A stretch of 64,000 bases of DNA, from positions 89,640-153,639 of the forward strand of contig CM082578.2 in the NCBI GenBank assembly GCA_040954595.2, read 5' to 3'. The position numbers and the translations under genes are program-made. Numbering within the stretch: position 1 is the stretch's first letter; every line of letters starts with the position of its first letter. The DNA is from Balanoglossus misakiensis. Taxonomy: Eukaryota > Animalia > Hemichordata. Shown here one piece after another: positions 12,201 to 27,200 of the stretch. The notes beneath the pieces are model-generated. The model made no database searches and was not told where the DNA came from. It worked only from the letters and a program-made list of their open reading frames with translations.

Positions 12201-15200
12201 TATGGAGCATGAAGTGTCGTTCTCTTGTAAAAAGTGCTGCAAATTCCAGAAAATGTGGTATAATTTGAATCACCCAAGACAAAATTACCATTTTCGACTT
12301 GTTTTCGAAAAATTGTCTTTTTTACAAAATAAATAAGAATAAATTCTTTTCTTAGTTTCAAACGGGTAGAGATACTTTCCACACGGGTTTTCTAACATTG
12401 AATTCCCGTTTATCAACTCAGATTTCCTACAGCATAAGTCGGCTAAAACCCTGACACTCTAGAGCAGAAACAGTTGCACACTGATAACGTTGAACAAGTC
12501 GATTTTTCTACGGCCTGGCACGGCTAAATCTCGTCACAATATGACAGACACTAGCGTACGTTAGCAACGGTGATCAAGTCAGATTTTCAACGGCATGGGT
12601 TGGATAAAGCCCCGGCACTCTAGAGCAGAAACACGCGTACAGAGACCACGTTGATCAAGTCTGATCTCCTACGGCTTGGCTCGACTAAAACCCCGGCACA
12701 CTATGACAGACACTAGCGTTCGTTAGCAACGTTGATCAAGTCAGATTTCCTACGGCATGGCTCAGCTGAAGCCCCGGCACTCTAGAGCAGAAACAGGCGT
12801 ACATTGACCACGTTGATCAAGTCAGATTTCCTACGGCGTGACTCGGCTGGTGCACCGGCTCTATATGACACAGACTGGCGTAAGTTAACAACGGTAATCA
12901 CGTCGGGTTTCCTACGGCCTGGCTCAGCTGAAGCCCCGGCACTCTAGAGCAGAAACAGGCGTACATTGACCACGTTGATCAAGTCAGATTTCCTACGGCG
13001 TGACTCGGCTGGTGCACCGGCTCTATATGACACAGACTGGCGTAAGTTATCAACGGTGATTACGTCGGATTTCCTACGGCCTGGTTTAGCTGAAGCCCCG
13101 GCACTTTAGAGCGGAAACACGCGTACATTGACCACGATGATCAAGTCAGATCTCCTACGGCCTGGCTCGACTAAAACCCCGGCACACCATGACAGACACT
13201 AGCGTTCGTTAGCAACGGTGATCAAGTCGGATTTCCTTCGGCCTGGCTCTGCAAAAGACCCGACACTCTAGTACAAAGACGTTGGCTAAGTCGGGCAAAC
13301 CGAACAGGGAAAGTCACAGCGGGTCAACACTCGACATTTGTCCCGGTAGGACTGCTTTATTGCCTGTCAATTTATAGAGAAAGCCCGAATTTAACCAGGG
13401 CGTTTCAAACACCGACGTTAGTTGGGGGCACGGCCTGCAGTACTGCCGGGTAAGCTGACATCAGCGTACCGCATATAATGTAGGGGGGGGGGGGAACAGA
13501 ACGGTTAAATACTATATTTATCAGATATCAGCTAATTTTGGACAATCATCTAAAATGTAAATCATCTTTTCATATTTGGATATCTGATGATGTATGAAAT
13601 TTCCAATATATGTAAAAATGGTGCTGATTATAAAAAATGCACTCTGAATGAGCTGATTTAATACAAAATTGCGTTTTATTCGTTTTTGCACCAAAAAGGT
13701 CATTTTTAGGCAAAACATTCTTTATTTTTTTAATTCGGTGACCTGATCATATATAAGCAATTGCTTGCATGTTAAAAGTTTTTATGACTTTTAAAAGCAG
13801 TGACACTGGCGGCATTCAACACGAAAATAACAATTTTAACCACAATTTGGTCAAAATGGTAAATTTTTGAAAATTACAAAAAATACCTGTTTTCTACATT
13901 TTCGGAAATCTGATGGAGTATAGAATGCTCTTCGTACGTATATATCGACACAAATTCCACAAAAGACCGTCTAATTTGGCTCACTGCAGACAAAATTGCG
14001 TTTTACCAAATTTTCCTTGAAAATGTCATTTTTAGAAAAAAAAAATAAAAAAACCTTTTATCTTCGAATTTGGTGCCCTGATCATATATGACATGTTGAT
14101 TGTATGTTAAAACTTTCGACCACTCCAAAAATGCAGAGATATTGACGGAATTCAAGAAAAAATAGCCATTTTGGCCATATTTTGACAAAAATGGTAAATT
14201 TTTAAAAAATCATAAAAAATTAACTCTTTTCTTCATTTTCGGAAATATTATGGAGCATGAAGTGTCGTTCTCTTGTAAAAAGTGCTGCAAATTCCAGAAA
14301 AGGCGGTATAATTTGAATCACCCAAGACAAAATTACCATTTTCGACTTTTTTTCGAAAAATTGTCTTTTTTACAAAATAAATAAGAATTAATTCTTTTCT
14401 TAGTTTCAAACGGGTAGAGATACTTTCCACACGGGTTTTCTAACATTGAATTCCCGTTCATCAACTCAGATTTCCTACAGCATAAGTCGGCTAAAACCCT
14501 GAGACTTTAGAGCAGAAACAGTTGCACACTGGTAACGTTGAACAAGTCGATTTTTCTACGGCCTGGCTCGGCTAAATCTCTGTCACAATATGACAGACAC
14601 TATCGTACGTTAGCAACGGTGATCAAGTCAGATTTTCAACGGCATGGGTTGGATAAAGCCCCGGCACTCTAGAGCAGAAACACGCGTACAGAGACCACGT
14701 TGATCAAGTCTGATCTCCTACGGCTTGGCTCGACTAAAACCCCGGCACACTATGACAGACACTAGCGTTCGTTAGCAACGTTGATCAAGTCAGATTTCCT
14801 ACGGCATGGCTTTGCTAAAGCCCTGACACTCTAGAGCAGAAACACGCGTACAGAGACCACGTTGATCTACTCACATTTCCTTCGGCCTGGCACGGCTGAT
14901 GCCCCGGCACTATATATAGGACACAGACTGGCGTAAGTTAACAACGGTAATCACGTCGGGTTTCCTACGGCCTGGCTCAGCTGAAGCCCCGGCACTCTAG
15001 AGCAGAAACAGGCGTACATTGACCACGTTGATCAAGTCAGATTTCCTACGGCGTGACTCGGCTGGTGCACCGGCTCTATATGACACAGACTGGCGTAAGT
15101 TATCAACGGTGATTACGTCGGATTTCCTACGGCCTGGTTTAGCTGAACCCCCGGCACTTTAGAGCGGAAACACGCGTACATTGACCACGATGATCAAGTC

Positions 15201-18200
15201 AGATCTCCTACGGCCTGGCTCGACTAAAACCCCGGCACACCATGACAGACACTAGCGTTCGTTAGCAACGGTGATCAAGTCGGATTTCCTTCGGCCTGGC
15301 TCTGCAAAAGACCCGACACTCTAGTACAAAGACGTTGGCTAAGTCGGGCAAACCGAACAGGGAAAGTCACAGCGGGTCAACACTCGACATTTGTTCCGGT
15401 AGGACTGCATTATTGCCTGTCAATTTATAGAGAAAGCCCGAATTTAACCAGGGCGTTTAAAACACCGACGTTAGTTGGGGGCACGGCCTGCAGTACTGCC
15501 GGGTAAGCTGACATCAGCGTACCGCATATAATGTAGGGGGGGGGGGGAACAGAACGGTTAAATTCTACATTTCTCAGATATCAGCTAATTTTGGACAATC
15601 ATCTAAAATGTAAATCATCTTTTCATATTTGGATATCTGATGATGTATGAAATTTCCAATATATGTAAAAATGGTGCTGATTATAAAAAATGCACTCTGA
15701 ATGAGCTGATTTAATACAAAATTGCGTTTTATTCGTTTTTGCACCAAAAAGGTCATTTTTAGGCAAAACATTCTTTATTTTTTTAATTCGGTGACCTGAT
15801 CATATATAAGCAATTGCTTGCATGTTAAAGTTTTTATGACTTTTAAAAGCAGTGACACTGGCGGCATTCAACACGAAAATAACAATTTTAACCACAATTT
15901 GGTCAAAATGGTAAATTTTTGAAAATTACAAAAAATACCTGTTTTCTACATTTTCGGAAATCTGATGGAGTATAGAATGCTCTTCGTATATATATATCGA
16001 TACAAATTCCACAAAAGACCGTCTAATTTGGCTCACTGCAGACAAAATTGCGTTTTACCAAATTTTCCTTGAAAATGTCATTTTTAGAAAAATAAAATAA
16101 AAAAACCTTCGTTCTTCGAATTTGGTGCCCTGATCATATATGATATGTTGATTGTATGTTAAAACTTTCGACCACTCCAAAAATGCAGAGATAATGACGG
16201 AATTCAAGAAAAAATAGCCATTTTGGTCATATTTTGACAAAATGGTACATTTTTAAAAAATCATAAAAAATAAACTCTTTTCTTCATTTTCGGAAATATT
16301 ATGGAGCATGAAGTGTCGTTCTCTTGTAAAAAGTGCTGCAAATTCCAGAAAATGTGGTATAATTTGAATCACCCAAGACAAAATTACCATTTTCGACTTG
16401 TTTTCGAAAAATTGTCTTTTTTACAAAATAAATAAGAATAAATTCTTTTCTTAGTTTCAAACGGGTAGAGATACTTTCCACACGGGTTTTCTAACATTGA
16501 ATTCCCGTTTATCAACTCAGATTTCCTACAGCATAAGTCGGCTAAAACCCTGACACTCTAGAGCAGAAACAGTTGCACACTGATAACGTTGAACAAGTCG
16601 ATTTTTCTACGGCCTGGCACGGCTAAATCTCGTCACAATATGACAGACACTAGCGTACGTTAGCAACGGTGATCAAGTCAGATTTTCAACGGCATGGGTT
16701 GGATAAAGCCCCGGCACTCTAGAGCAGAAACACGCGTACAGAGACCACGTTGATCAAGTCTGATCTCCTACGGCTTGGCTCGACTAAAACCCCGGCACAC
16801 TATGACAGACACTAGCGTTCGTTAGCAACGTTGATCAAGTCAGATTTCCTACGGCATGGCTCAGCTGAAGCCCCGGCACTCTAGAGCAGAAACAGGCGTA
16901 CATTGACCACGTTGATCAAGTCAGATTTCCTACGGCGTGACTCGGCTGGTGCACCGGCTCTATATGACACAGACTGGCGTAAGTTATCAACGGTGATTAC
17001 GTCGGATTTCCTACGGCCTGGTTTAGCTGAAGCCCCGGCACTTTAGAGCGGAAACACGCGTACATTGACCACGATGATCAAGTCAGATCTCCTACGGCCT
17101 GGCTCGACTAAAACCCCGGCACACCATGACAGACACTAGCGTTCGTTAGCAACGGTGATCAAGTCGGATTTCCTTCGGCCTGGCTCTGCAAAAGACCCGA
17201 CACTCTAGTACAAAGACGTTGGCTAAGTCGGGCAAACCGAACAGGGAAAGTCACAGCGGGTCAACACTCGACATTTGTTCCGGTAGGACTGCTTTATTGC
17301 CTGTCAATTTATAGAGAAAGCCCGAATTTAACCAGGGCGTTTCAAACACCGACGTTAGTTGGGGGCACGGCCTGCAGTACTGCCGGGTAAGCTGACATCA
17401 GCGTACCGCATATAATGTAGGGGGGGGGGGAACAGAACGGTTAAATACTATATTTATCAGATATCAGCTAATTTTGGACAATCATCTAAAATGTAAATCA
17501 TCTTTTCATATTTGGATATCTGATGATGTATGAAATTTCCAATATATGTAAAAATGGTGCTGATTATAAAAAATGCACTCTGAATGAGCTGATTTAATAC
17601 AAAATTGCGTTTTATTCGTTTTTGCACCAAAAAGGTCATTTTTAGGCAAAACATTCTTTATTTTTTTAATTCGGTGACCTGATCATATATAAGCAATTGC
17701 TTGCATGTTAAAAGTTTTTATGACTTTTAAAAGCAGTGACACTGGCGGCATTCAACACGAAAATAACAATTTTAACCACAATTTGGTCAAAATGGTAAAT
17801 TTTTGAAAATTACAAAAAATACCTGTTTTCTACATTTTCGGAAATCTGATGGAGTATAGAATGCTCTTCGTATATATATATCGACACAAATTCCACAAAA
17901 GACCGTCTAATTTGGCTCACTGCAGACAAAATTGCGTTTTACCAAATTTTCCTTGAAAATGTCATTTTTAGAAAAATAAAATAAAAAAACCTTCGTTCTT
18001 CGAATTTGGTGCCCTGATCATATATGATATGTTGATTGTATGTTAAAACTTTCGACCACTCCAAAAATGCAGAGATATTGACGGAATTCAAGAAAAAATA
18101 GCCATTTTGGCCATATTTTGACAAAATGGTACATTTTTAAAAAATCCTAAAAAATAAACTCTTTTCTTCATTTTCGGAAATATTATGGAGCATGAAGTGT

Positions 18201-21200
18201 CGTTCTCTTGTAAAAAGTGCTGCAAATTCCAGAAAATGTGGTATAATTTGAATCACCCAAGACAAAATTACCATTTTCGACTTGTTTTCGAAAAATTGTC
18301 TTTTTTACAAAATAAATAAGAATAAATTCTTTTCTTAGTTTCAAACGGGTAGAGATACTTTCCACACGGGTTTTCTAACATTGAATTCCCGTTTATCAAC
18401 TCAGATTTCCTACAGCATAAGTCGGCTAAAACCCTGACACTCTAGAGCAGAAACAGTTGCACACTGATAACGTTGAACAAGTCGATTTTTCTACGGCCTG
18501 GCACGGCTAAATCTCGTCACAATATGACAGACACTAGCGTACGTTAGCAACGGTGATCAAGTCAGATTTTCAACGGCATGGGTTGGATAAAGCCCCGGCA
18601 CTCTAGAGCAAAAACACGCGTACAGAGACCACGTTGATCAAGTCTGATCTCCTACGGCTTGGCTCGACTAAAACCCCGGCACACTATGACAGACACTAGC
18701 GTTCGTTAGCAACGTTGATCAAGTCAGATTTCCTACGGCATGGCTCAGCTGAAGCCCCGGCACTCTAGAGCAGAAACAGGCGTACATTGACCACGTTGAT
18801 CAAGTCAGATTTCCTACGGCGTGACTCGGCTGGTGCACCGGCTCTATATAACACAGACTGGCGTAAGTTAACAACGGTAATCACGTCGGGTTTCCTACGG
18901 CCTGGCTCAGCTGAAGCCCCGGCACTCTAGAGCAGAAACAGGCGTACATTGACCACGTTGATCAAGTCAGATTTCCTACGGCGTGACTCGGCTGGTGCAC
19001 CGGCTCTATATGACACAGACTGGCGTAAGTTATCAACGGTGATTACGTCGGATTTCCTACGGCCTGGTTTAGCTGAAGCCCCGGCACTTTAGAGCGGAAA
19101 CACGCGTACATTGACCACGATGATCAAGTCAGATCTCCTACGGCCTGGCTCGACTAAAACCCCGGCACACCATGACAGACACTAGCGTTCGTTAGCAACG
19201 GTGATCAAGTCGGATTTCCTTCGGCCTGGCTCTGCAAAAGACCCGACACTCTAGTACAAAGACGTTGGCTAAGTCGGGCAAACCGAACAGGGAAAGTCAC
19301 AGCGGGTCAACACTCGACATTTGTTCCGGTAGGACTGCTTTATTGCCTGTCAATTTATAGAGAAAGCCCGAATTTAACCAGGGCGTTTCAAACACCGACG
19401 TTAGTTGGGGGCACGGCCTGCAGTACTGCCGGGTAAGCTGACATCAGCGTACCGCATATAATGTAGGGGGGGGGGGGGAACAGAACGGTTAAATACTATA
19501 TTTATCAGATATCAGCTAATTTTGGACAATCATCTAAAATGTAAATCATCTTTTCATATTTGGATATCTGATGATGTATGAAATTTCCAATATATGTAAA
19601 AATGGTGCTGATTATAAAAAATGCACTCTGAATGAGCTGATTTAATACAAAATTGCGTTTTATTCGTTTTTGCACCAAAAAGGTCATTTTTAGGCAAAAC
19701 ATTCTTTATTTTTTTAATTCGGTGACCTGATCATATATAAGCAATTGCTTGCATGTTAAAAGTTTTTATGACTTTTAAAAGCAGTGACACTGGCGGCATT
19801 CAACACGAAAATAACAATTTTAACCACAATTTGGTCAAAATGGTAAATTTTTGAAAATTACAAAAAATACCTGTTTTCTACATTTTCGGAAATCTGATGG
19901 AGTATAGAATGCTCTTCGTATATATATATCGACACAAATTCCACAAAAGACCGTCTAATTTGGCTCACTGCAGACAAAATTGCGTTTTACCAAATTTTCC
20001 TTGAAAATGTCATTTTTAGAAAAATAAAATAAAAAAACCTTCGTTCTTCGAATTTGGTGCCCTGATCATATATGATATGTTGATTGTATGTTAAAACTTT
20101 CGACCACTCCAAAAATGCAGAGATATTGACGGAATTCAAGAAAAAATAGCCATTTTGGCCATATTTTGACAAAATGGTACATTTTTAAAAAATCATAAAA
20201 AATAAACTCTTTTCTTCATTTTCGGAAATATTATGGAGCATGAAGTGTCGTTCTCTTGTAAAAAGTGCTGCAAATTCCAGAAAATGTGGTATAATTTGAA
20301 TCACCCAAGACAAAATTACCATTTTCGACTTGTTTTCGAAAAATTGTCTTTTTTACAAAATAAATAAGAATAAATTCTTTTCTTAGTTTCAAACGGGTAG
20401 AGATACTTTCCACACGGGTTTTCTAACATTGAATTCCCGTTTATCAACTCAGATTTCCTACAGCATAAGTCGGCTAAAACCCTGACACTCTAGAGCAGAA
20501 ACAGTTGCACACTGATAACGTTGAACAAGTCGATTTTTCTACGGCCTGGCACGGCTAAATCTCGTCACAATATGACAGACACTAGCGTACGTTAGCAACG
20601 GTGATCAAGTCAGATTTTCAACGGCATGGGTTGGATAAAGCCCCGGCACTCTAGAGCAGAAACACGCGTACAGAGACCACGTTGATCAAGTCTGATCTCC
20701 TACGGCTTGGCTCGACTAAAACCCCGGCACACTATGACAGACACTAGCGTTCGTTAGCAACGTTGATCAAGTCAGATTTCCTACGGCATGGCTCAGCTGA
20801 AGCCCCGGCACTCTAGAGCAGAAACAGGCGTACATTGACCACGTTGATCAAGTCAGATTTCCTACGGCGTGACTCGGCTGGTGCACCGGCTCTATATGAC
20901 ACAGACTGGCGTAAGTTATCAACGGTGATTACGTCGGATTTCCTACGGCCTGGTTTAGCTGAAGCCCCGGCACTTTAGAGCGGAAACACGCGTACATTGA
21001 CCACGATGATCAAGTCAGATCTCCTACGGCCTGGCTCGACTAAAACCCCGGCACACCATGACAGACACTAGCGTTCGTTAGCAACGGTGATCAAGTCGGA
21101 TTTCCTTCGGCCTGGCTCTGCAAAAGACCCGACACTCTAGTACAAAGACGTTGGCTAAGTCGGGCAAACCGAACAGGGAAAGTCACAGCGGGTCAACACT

Positions 21201-24200
21201 CGACATTTGTTCCGGTAGGACTGCTTTATTGCCTGTCAATTTATAGAGAAAGCCCGAATTTAACCAGGGCGTTTCAAACACCGACGTTAGTTGGGGGCAC
21301 GGCCTGCAGTACTGCCGGGTAAGCTGACATCAGCGTACCGCATATAATGTAGGGGGGGGGGGGGGAACAGAACGGTTAAATACTACATTTATCAGATATC
21401 AGCTAATTTTGGACAATCATCTAAAATGTAAATCATCTTTTCATATTTGGATATCTGATGATGTATGAAATTTCCAATATATGTAAAAATGGTGCTGATT
21501 ATAAAAAATGCACTCTGAATGAGCTGATTTAATACAAAATTGCGTTTTATTCGTTTTTGCACCAAAAAGGTCATTTTTAGGCAAAACATTCTTTATTTTT
21601 TTAATTCGGTGACCTGATCATATATAAGCAATTGCTTGCATGTTAAAAGTTTTTATGACTTTTAAAAGCAGTGACACTGGCGGCATTCAACACGAAAATA
21701 ACAATTTTAACCACAATTTTGTCAAAATGGTAAATTTTTGAAAATTACAAAAAATACCTGTTTTCTACATTTTCGGAAATCTGATGGAGTATAGAATGCT
21801 CTTCGTATATATATATCGATACAAATTCCACAAAAGACCGTCTAATTTGGCTCACTGCAGACAAAATTGCGTTTTACCAAATTTTCCTTGAAAATGTCAT
21901 TTTTAGAAAAATAAAATAAAAAAACCTTCGTTCTTCGAATTTGGTGCCCTGATCATATATGATATGTTGATTGTATGTTAAAACTTTCGACCACTCCAAA
22001 AATGCAGAGATATTGACGGAATTCAAGAAAAAATAGCCATTTTGGCCATATTTTGACAAAATGGTACATTTTTAAAAAATCATAAAAAATAAACTCTTTT
22101 CTTCATTTTCGGAAATATTATGGAGCATGAAGTGTCGTTCTCTTGTAAAAAGTGCTGCAAATTCCAGAAAATGTGGTATAATTTGAATCACCCAAGACAA
22201 AATTACCATTTTCGACTTGTTTTCGAAAAATTGTCTTTTTTACAAAATAAATAAGAATAAATTCTTTTCTTAGTTTCAAACGGGTAGAGATACTTTCCAC
22301 ACGGGTTTTCTAACATTGAATTCCCGTTTATCAACTCAGATTTCCTACAGCATAAGTCGGCTAAAACCCTGACACTCTAGAGCAGAAACAGTTGCACACT
22401 GATAACGTTGAACAAGTCGATTTTTCTACGGCCTGGGACGGCTAAATCTCGTCACAATATGACAGACACTAGCGTACGTTAGCAACGGTGATCAAGTCAG
22501 ATTTTCAACGGCATGGGTTGGATAAAGCCCCGGCACTCTAGAGCAGAAACACGCATACAGAGACCACGTTGATCAAGTCTGATCTCCTACGGCTTGGCTC
22601 GACTAAAACCCCGGCACACTATGACAGACACTAGCGTTCGTTAGCAACGTTGATCAAGTCAGATTTCCTACGGCATGGCTTTGCTAAAGCCCTGACACTC
22701 TAGAGCAGAAACACGCGTACAGAGACCACGTTGATCTACTCACATTTCCTTCGGCCTGGCTCAGCTGAAGCCCCGGCACTCTAGAGCAGAAACAGGCGTA
22801 CATTGACCACGTTGATCAAGTCAGATTTCCTACGGCGTGACTCGGCTGGTGCACCGGCTCTATATGACACAGACTGGCGTAAGTTATCAACGGTGATTAC
22901 GTCGGATTTCCTACGGCATGGTTTAGCTAAAGCCCCGGCACTTTTGAGCAGAAACAGGCGTACATTGACCACGTTGATCAAGTCAGATTTCCTACGGCGT
23001 GACTCGGCTGGTGCACCGGCTCTATATGACACACACTGGCGTGAGTTATCAACGGTGATTACGCCAGATTTCCTACGGCATGGTTTAGCTGAAGCCCCGG
23101 CACTGTGGAGCGGAAACACGCGTACATTGACCACGATGATCAAGTCAGATCTCCTACGGCCTGGCTCGACTAAAACCCCGGCACACCATGACAGACACTA
23201 GCGTTCGTTAGCAACGGTGATCAAGTCGGATTTCCTTCGGCCTGGCTCTGCACAAGACCCGACACATTAGTACAAAGACGTTGGCTAAGTCGGGCAAACC
23301 GAAGAGGGAAAGTCGCAGCGGGTCAACACTCGACATTTGTTCGGGTAGGACTGCATTATTGCCTGTCAATTTATAGAGAAAGCCCGAATTTAACCAGGGC
23401 GTTTCAAACAAGGACGTTATTTGGGGGCACGGCCTGCAGTACTGCCGGGTAAGCTGACATCGGTGTACCGCATATAATGTAGGGGGGGGGACAGAACGGT
23501 TCAATACTACATTTATTAGATATCAGCTAGTTTTGGACAATCATCTAAAATCTAAATCATTTTTTCATATTTGGATATCTGATGATGTATGAAATTTCCA
23601 TTATATGTAAAAATGGTGCTGATTATAAAAAATGCACTCTGAATGAGCTGATTTAATACAAAATTGCGTTTTATTCGTTTTTGCACCAAAAAGGTCATTT
23701 TTAGGCAAAACATTCTTTATTTTTTTAATTCGGTGACCTGATCATATATAAGCAATTGCTTGCATGTTAAAAGTTTTTATGACTTTTAAAAGCAGTGACA
23801 CTGGCGGCATTCAACACGAAAATAACAATTTTAACCACAATTTGGTCAAAATGGTAAATTTTTGAAAATTACAAAAAATACCTGTTTTCTACATTTTCGG
23901 AAATCTGATGGAGTATAGAATGCTCTTCGTATATATATATCGATACCAATTCCACAAAAGACCGTCTAATTTGGCTCACTGCAGACAAAATTGCGTTTTA
24001 CCAAATTTTCCTTGAAAATGTCATTTTAGAAAAATAAAATAAAAAAACCTTCGTTCTTCGAACTTGGTGCCCTGATCATATATGACATGTTGATTGTATG
24101 TTAAAACTTTCGACCACTCCAAAAATGCAGAGATATTGACGGAATTCAAGAAAAAATAGCCATTTTGGCCATATTTTGACAAAATGGTACATTTTTAAAA

Positions 24201-27200
24201 AATCATAAAAAATAAAACTCTTTTCTTCATTTTCGGAAATATTATGGAGCATGAAGTGTCGTTCTCTTGTAAAAAGTGCTGCAAATTCCAGAAAATGTGG
24301 TATAATTTGAATCACCCAAGACAAAATTACCATTTTCGACTTGTTTTCGAAAAATTGTCTTTTTTACAAAATAAATAAGAATAAATTCTTTTCTTAGTTT
24401 CAAACGGGTAGAGATACTTTCCACACGGGTTTTCTAACATTGAATTCCCGTTCATCAACTCAGATTTCCTACAGCATAAGTCGGCTAAAACCCTGACACT
24501 CTAGAGCAGAAACAGTTGCACACTGATAACGTTGAACAAGTCGATTTTTCTACGGCCTGGCTCGGTTAATCTCGTCACAATATGACAGACACTAGCGTAC
24601 GTTAGCAACGGTGATCAAGTCAGATTTTCAACGGCATGGGTTGGATAAAGCCTCGGCACTCTAGAGCAGAAACACGCGTACAGAGACCACGTTGATCAAG
24701 TCTGATCTCCTACGGCTTGGCTCGAATAAAACCCCGGCACACTATGACAGACACTAGCGTTCGTTAGCAACGTTGATCAAGTCAGATTTCCTACGGCATG
24801 GCTTTGCTAAAGCCCTGACACTCTAGAGCAGAAACACGCGTACAGAGACCACGTTGATCTACTCACATTTCCATCGGCCTGGCACGGCTGATGCCCCGGC
24901 ACTATATATAGGACACAGACTGGCGTAAGTTAACAACGGTGATTACGTAGGATTTCCTACGGCCTGGTTTAGCTGAAGCCCCGGCACTTTAGAGCGGAAA
25001 CACGCGTACATTGACCACGTTGATCAAGTCAGATTTCCTTCGGCGTGACTCGGCTGGTGCACCGGCTCTATATGACACAGACTGGCGTAAGTTATCAACG
25101 GTGATTACGTCGGATTTCCTACGGCCTGGTTTAGCTGAAGCCCCGGCACTTTAGAGCGGAAACACGCGTACATTGACCACGATGATCAAGTCAGATCTCC
25201 TACGGCCTGGCTCGACTAAAACCCCGGCACACCATGACAGACACTAGCGTTCGTTAGCAACGGTGATCAAGTCGGATTTCCTTCGGCCTGGCTCTGCAAA
25301 AGACCCGACACTCTAGTACAAAGACGTTGGCTAAGTCGGGCAAACCGAAGAGGGAAAGTCACAGCGGGTCAACACTCGACATTTGTTCGGGTAGGACTGC
25401 ATTATTGCCTGTCAATTTATAGAGAAAGCCCGAATTTAACCAGGGCGTTTCAAACAAGGACGTTATTTGGGGGCACGGCCTGCAGTACTGCCGGGTAAGC
25501 TGACATCGGTGTACCGCATATAATGTAGGGGGGGGGGGACAGAACGGTTCAATACTACATTTATTAGATATCAGCTAGTTTTGGACAATCATCTAAAATC
25601 TAAATCATTTTTTCATATTTGGATATCTGATGATGTATGAAATTTCCATTATATGTAAAAATGGTGCTGATTATAAAAAATGCACTCTGAATGAGCTGAT
25701 TTAATACAAAATTGCGTTTTATTCGTTTTTGCACCAAAAAGGTCATTTTTAGGCAAAACATTCTTTATTTTTTTAATTCGGTGACCTGATCATATATAAG
25801 CAATTGCTTGCATGTTAAAAGTTTTTATGACTTTTAAAAGCAGTGACACTGGCGGCATTCAACACGAAAATAACAATTTTAACCACAATTTGGTCAAAAT
25901 GGTAAATTTTTGAAAATTACAAAAAATACCTGTTTTCTACATTTTCGGAAATCTGATGGAGTATAGAATGCTCTTCGTATATATATATCGATACCAATTC
26001 CACAAAAGACCGTCTAATTTGGCTCACTGCAGACAAAATTGCGTTTTACCAAATTTTCCTTGAAAATGTCATTTTAGAAAAATAAAATAAAAAAACCTTC
26101 GTTCTTCGAACTTGGTGCCCTGATCATATATGACATGTTGATTGTATGTTAAAACTTTCGACCACTCCAAAAATGCAGAGATATTGACGGAATTCAAGAA
26201 AAAATAGCCATTTTGGCCATATTTTGACAAAATGGTACATTTTTAAAAAATCATAAAAAATAAAACTCTTTTCTTCATTTTCGGAAATATTATGGAGCAT
26301 GAAGTGTCGTTCTCTTGTAAAAAGTGCTGCAAATTCCAGAAAATGTGGTATAATTTGAATCACCCAAGACAAAATTACCATTTTCGACTTGTTTTCGAAA
26401 AATTGTCTTTTTTACAAAATAAATAAGAATAAATTCTTTTCTTAGTTTCAAACGGGTAGAGATACTTTCCACACGGGTTTTCTAACATTGAATTCCCGTT
26501 CATCAACTCAGATTTCCTACAGCATAAGTCGGCTAAAACCCTGACACTCTAGAGCAGAAACAGTTGCACACTGATAACGTTGAACAAGTCGATTTTTCTA
26601 CGGCCTGGCTCGGTTAATCTCGTCACAATATGACAGACACTAGCGTACGTTAGCAACGGTGATCAAGTCAGATTTTCAACGGCATGGGTTGGATAAAGCC
26701 TCGGCACTCTAGAGCAGAAACACGCGTACAGAGACCACGTTGATCAAGTCTGATCTCCTACGGCTTGGCTCGAATAAAACCCCGGCACACTATGACAGAC
26801 ACTAGCGTTCGTTAGCAACGTTGATCAAGTCAGATTTCCTACGGCATGGCTTTGCTAAAGCCCTGACACTCTAGAGCAGAAACACGCGTACAGAGACCAC
26901 GTTGATCTACTCACATTTCCATCGGCCTGGCACGGCTGATGCCCCGGCACTATATATAGGACACAGACTGGCGTAAGTTAACAACGGTGATTACGTAGGA
27001 TTTCCTACGGCCTGGTTTAGCTGAAGCCCCGGCACTTTAGAGCGGAAACACGCGTACATTGACCACGTTGATCAAGTCAGATTTCCTTCGGCGTGACTCG
27101 GCTGGTGCACCGGCTCTATATGACACAGACTGGCGTAAGTTATCAACGGTGATTACGTCGGATTTCCTACGGCCTGGTTTAGCTGAAGCCCCGGCACTTT

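Noticed and set aside
22781-23201. 27-aa repeat proteins on both strands
   Set aside because: A by-product of the 81-bp period. Stops (TAG in CTCTAGAG, CACTAG) interrupt the frame in nearly all other units.
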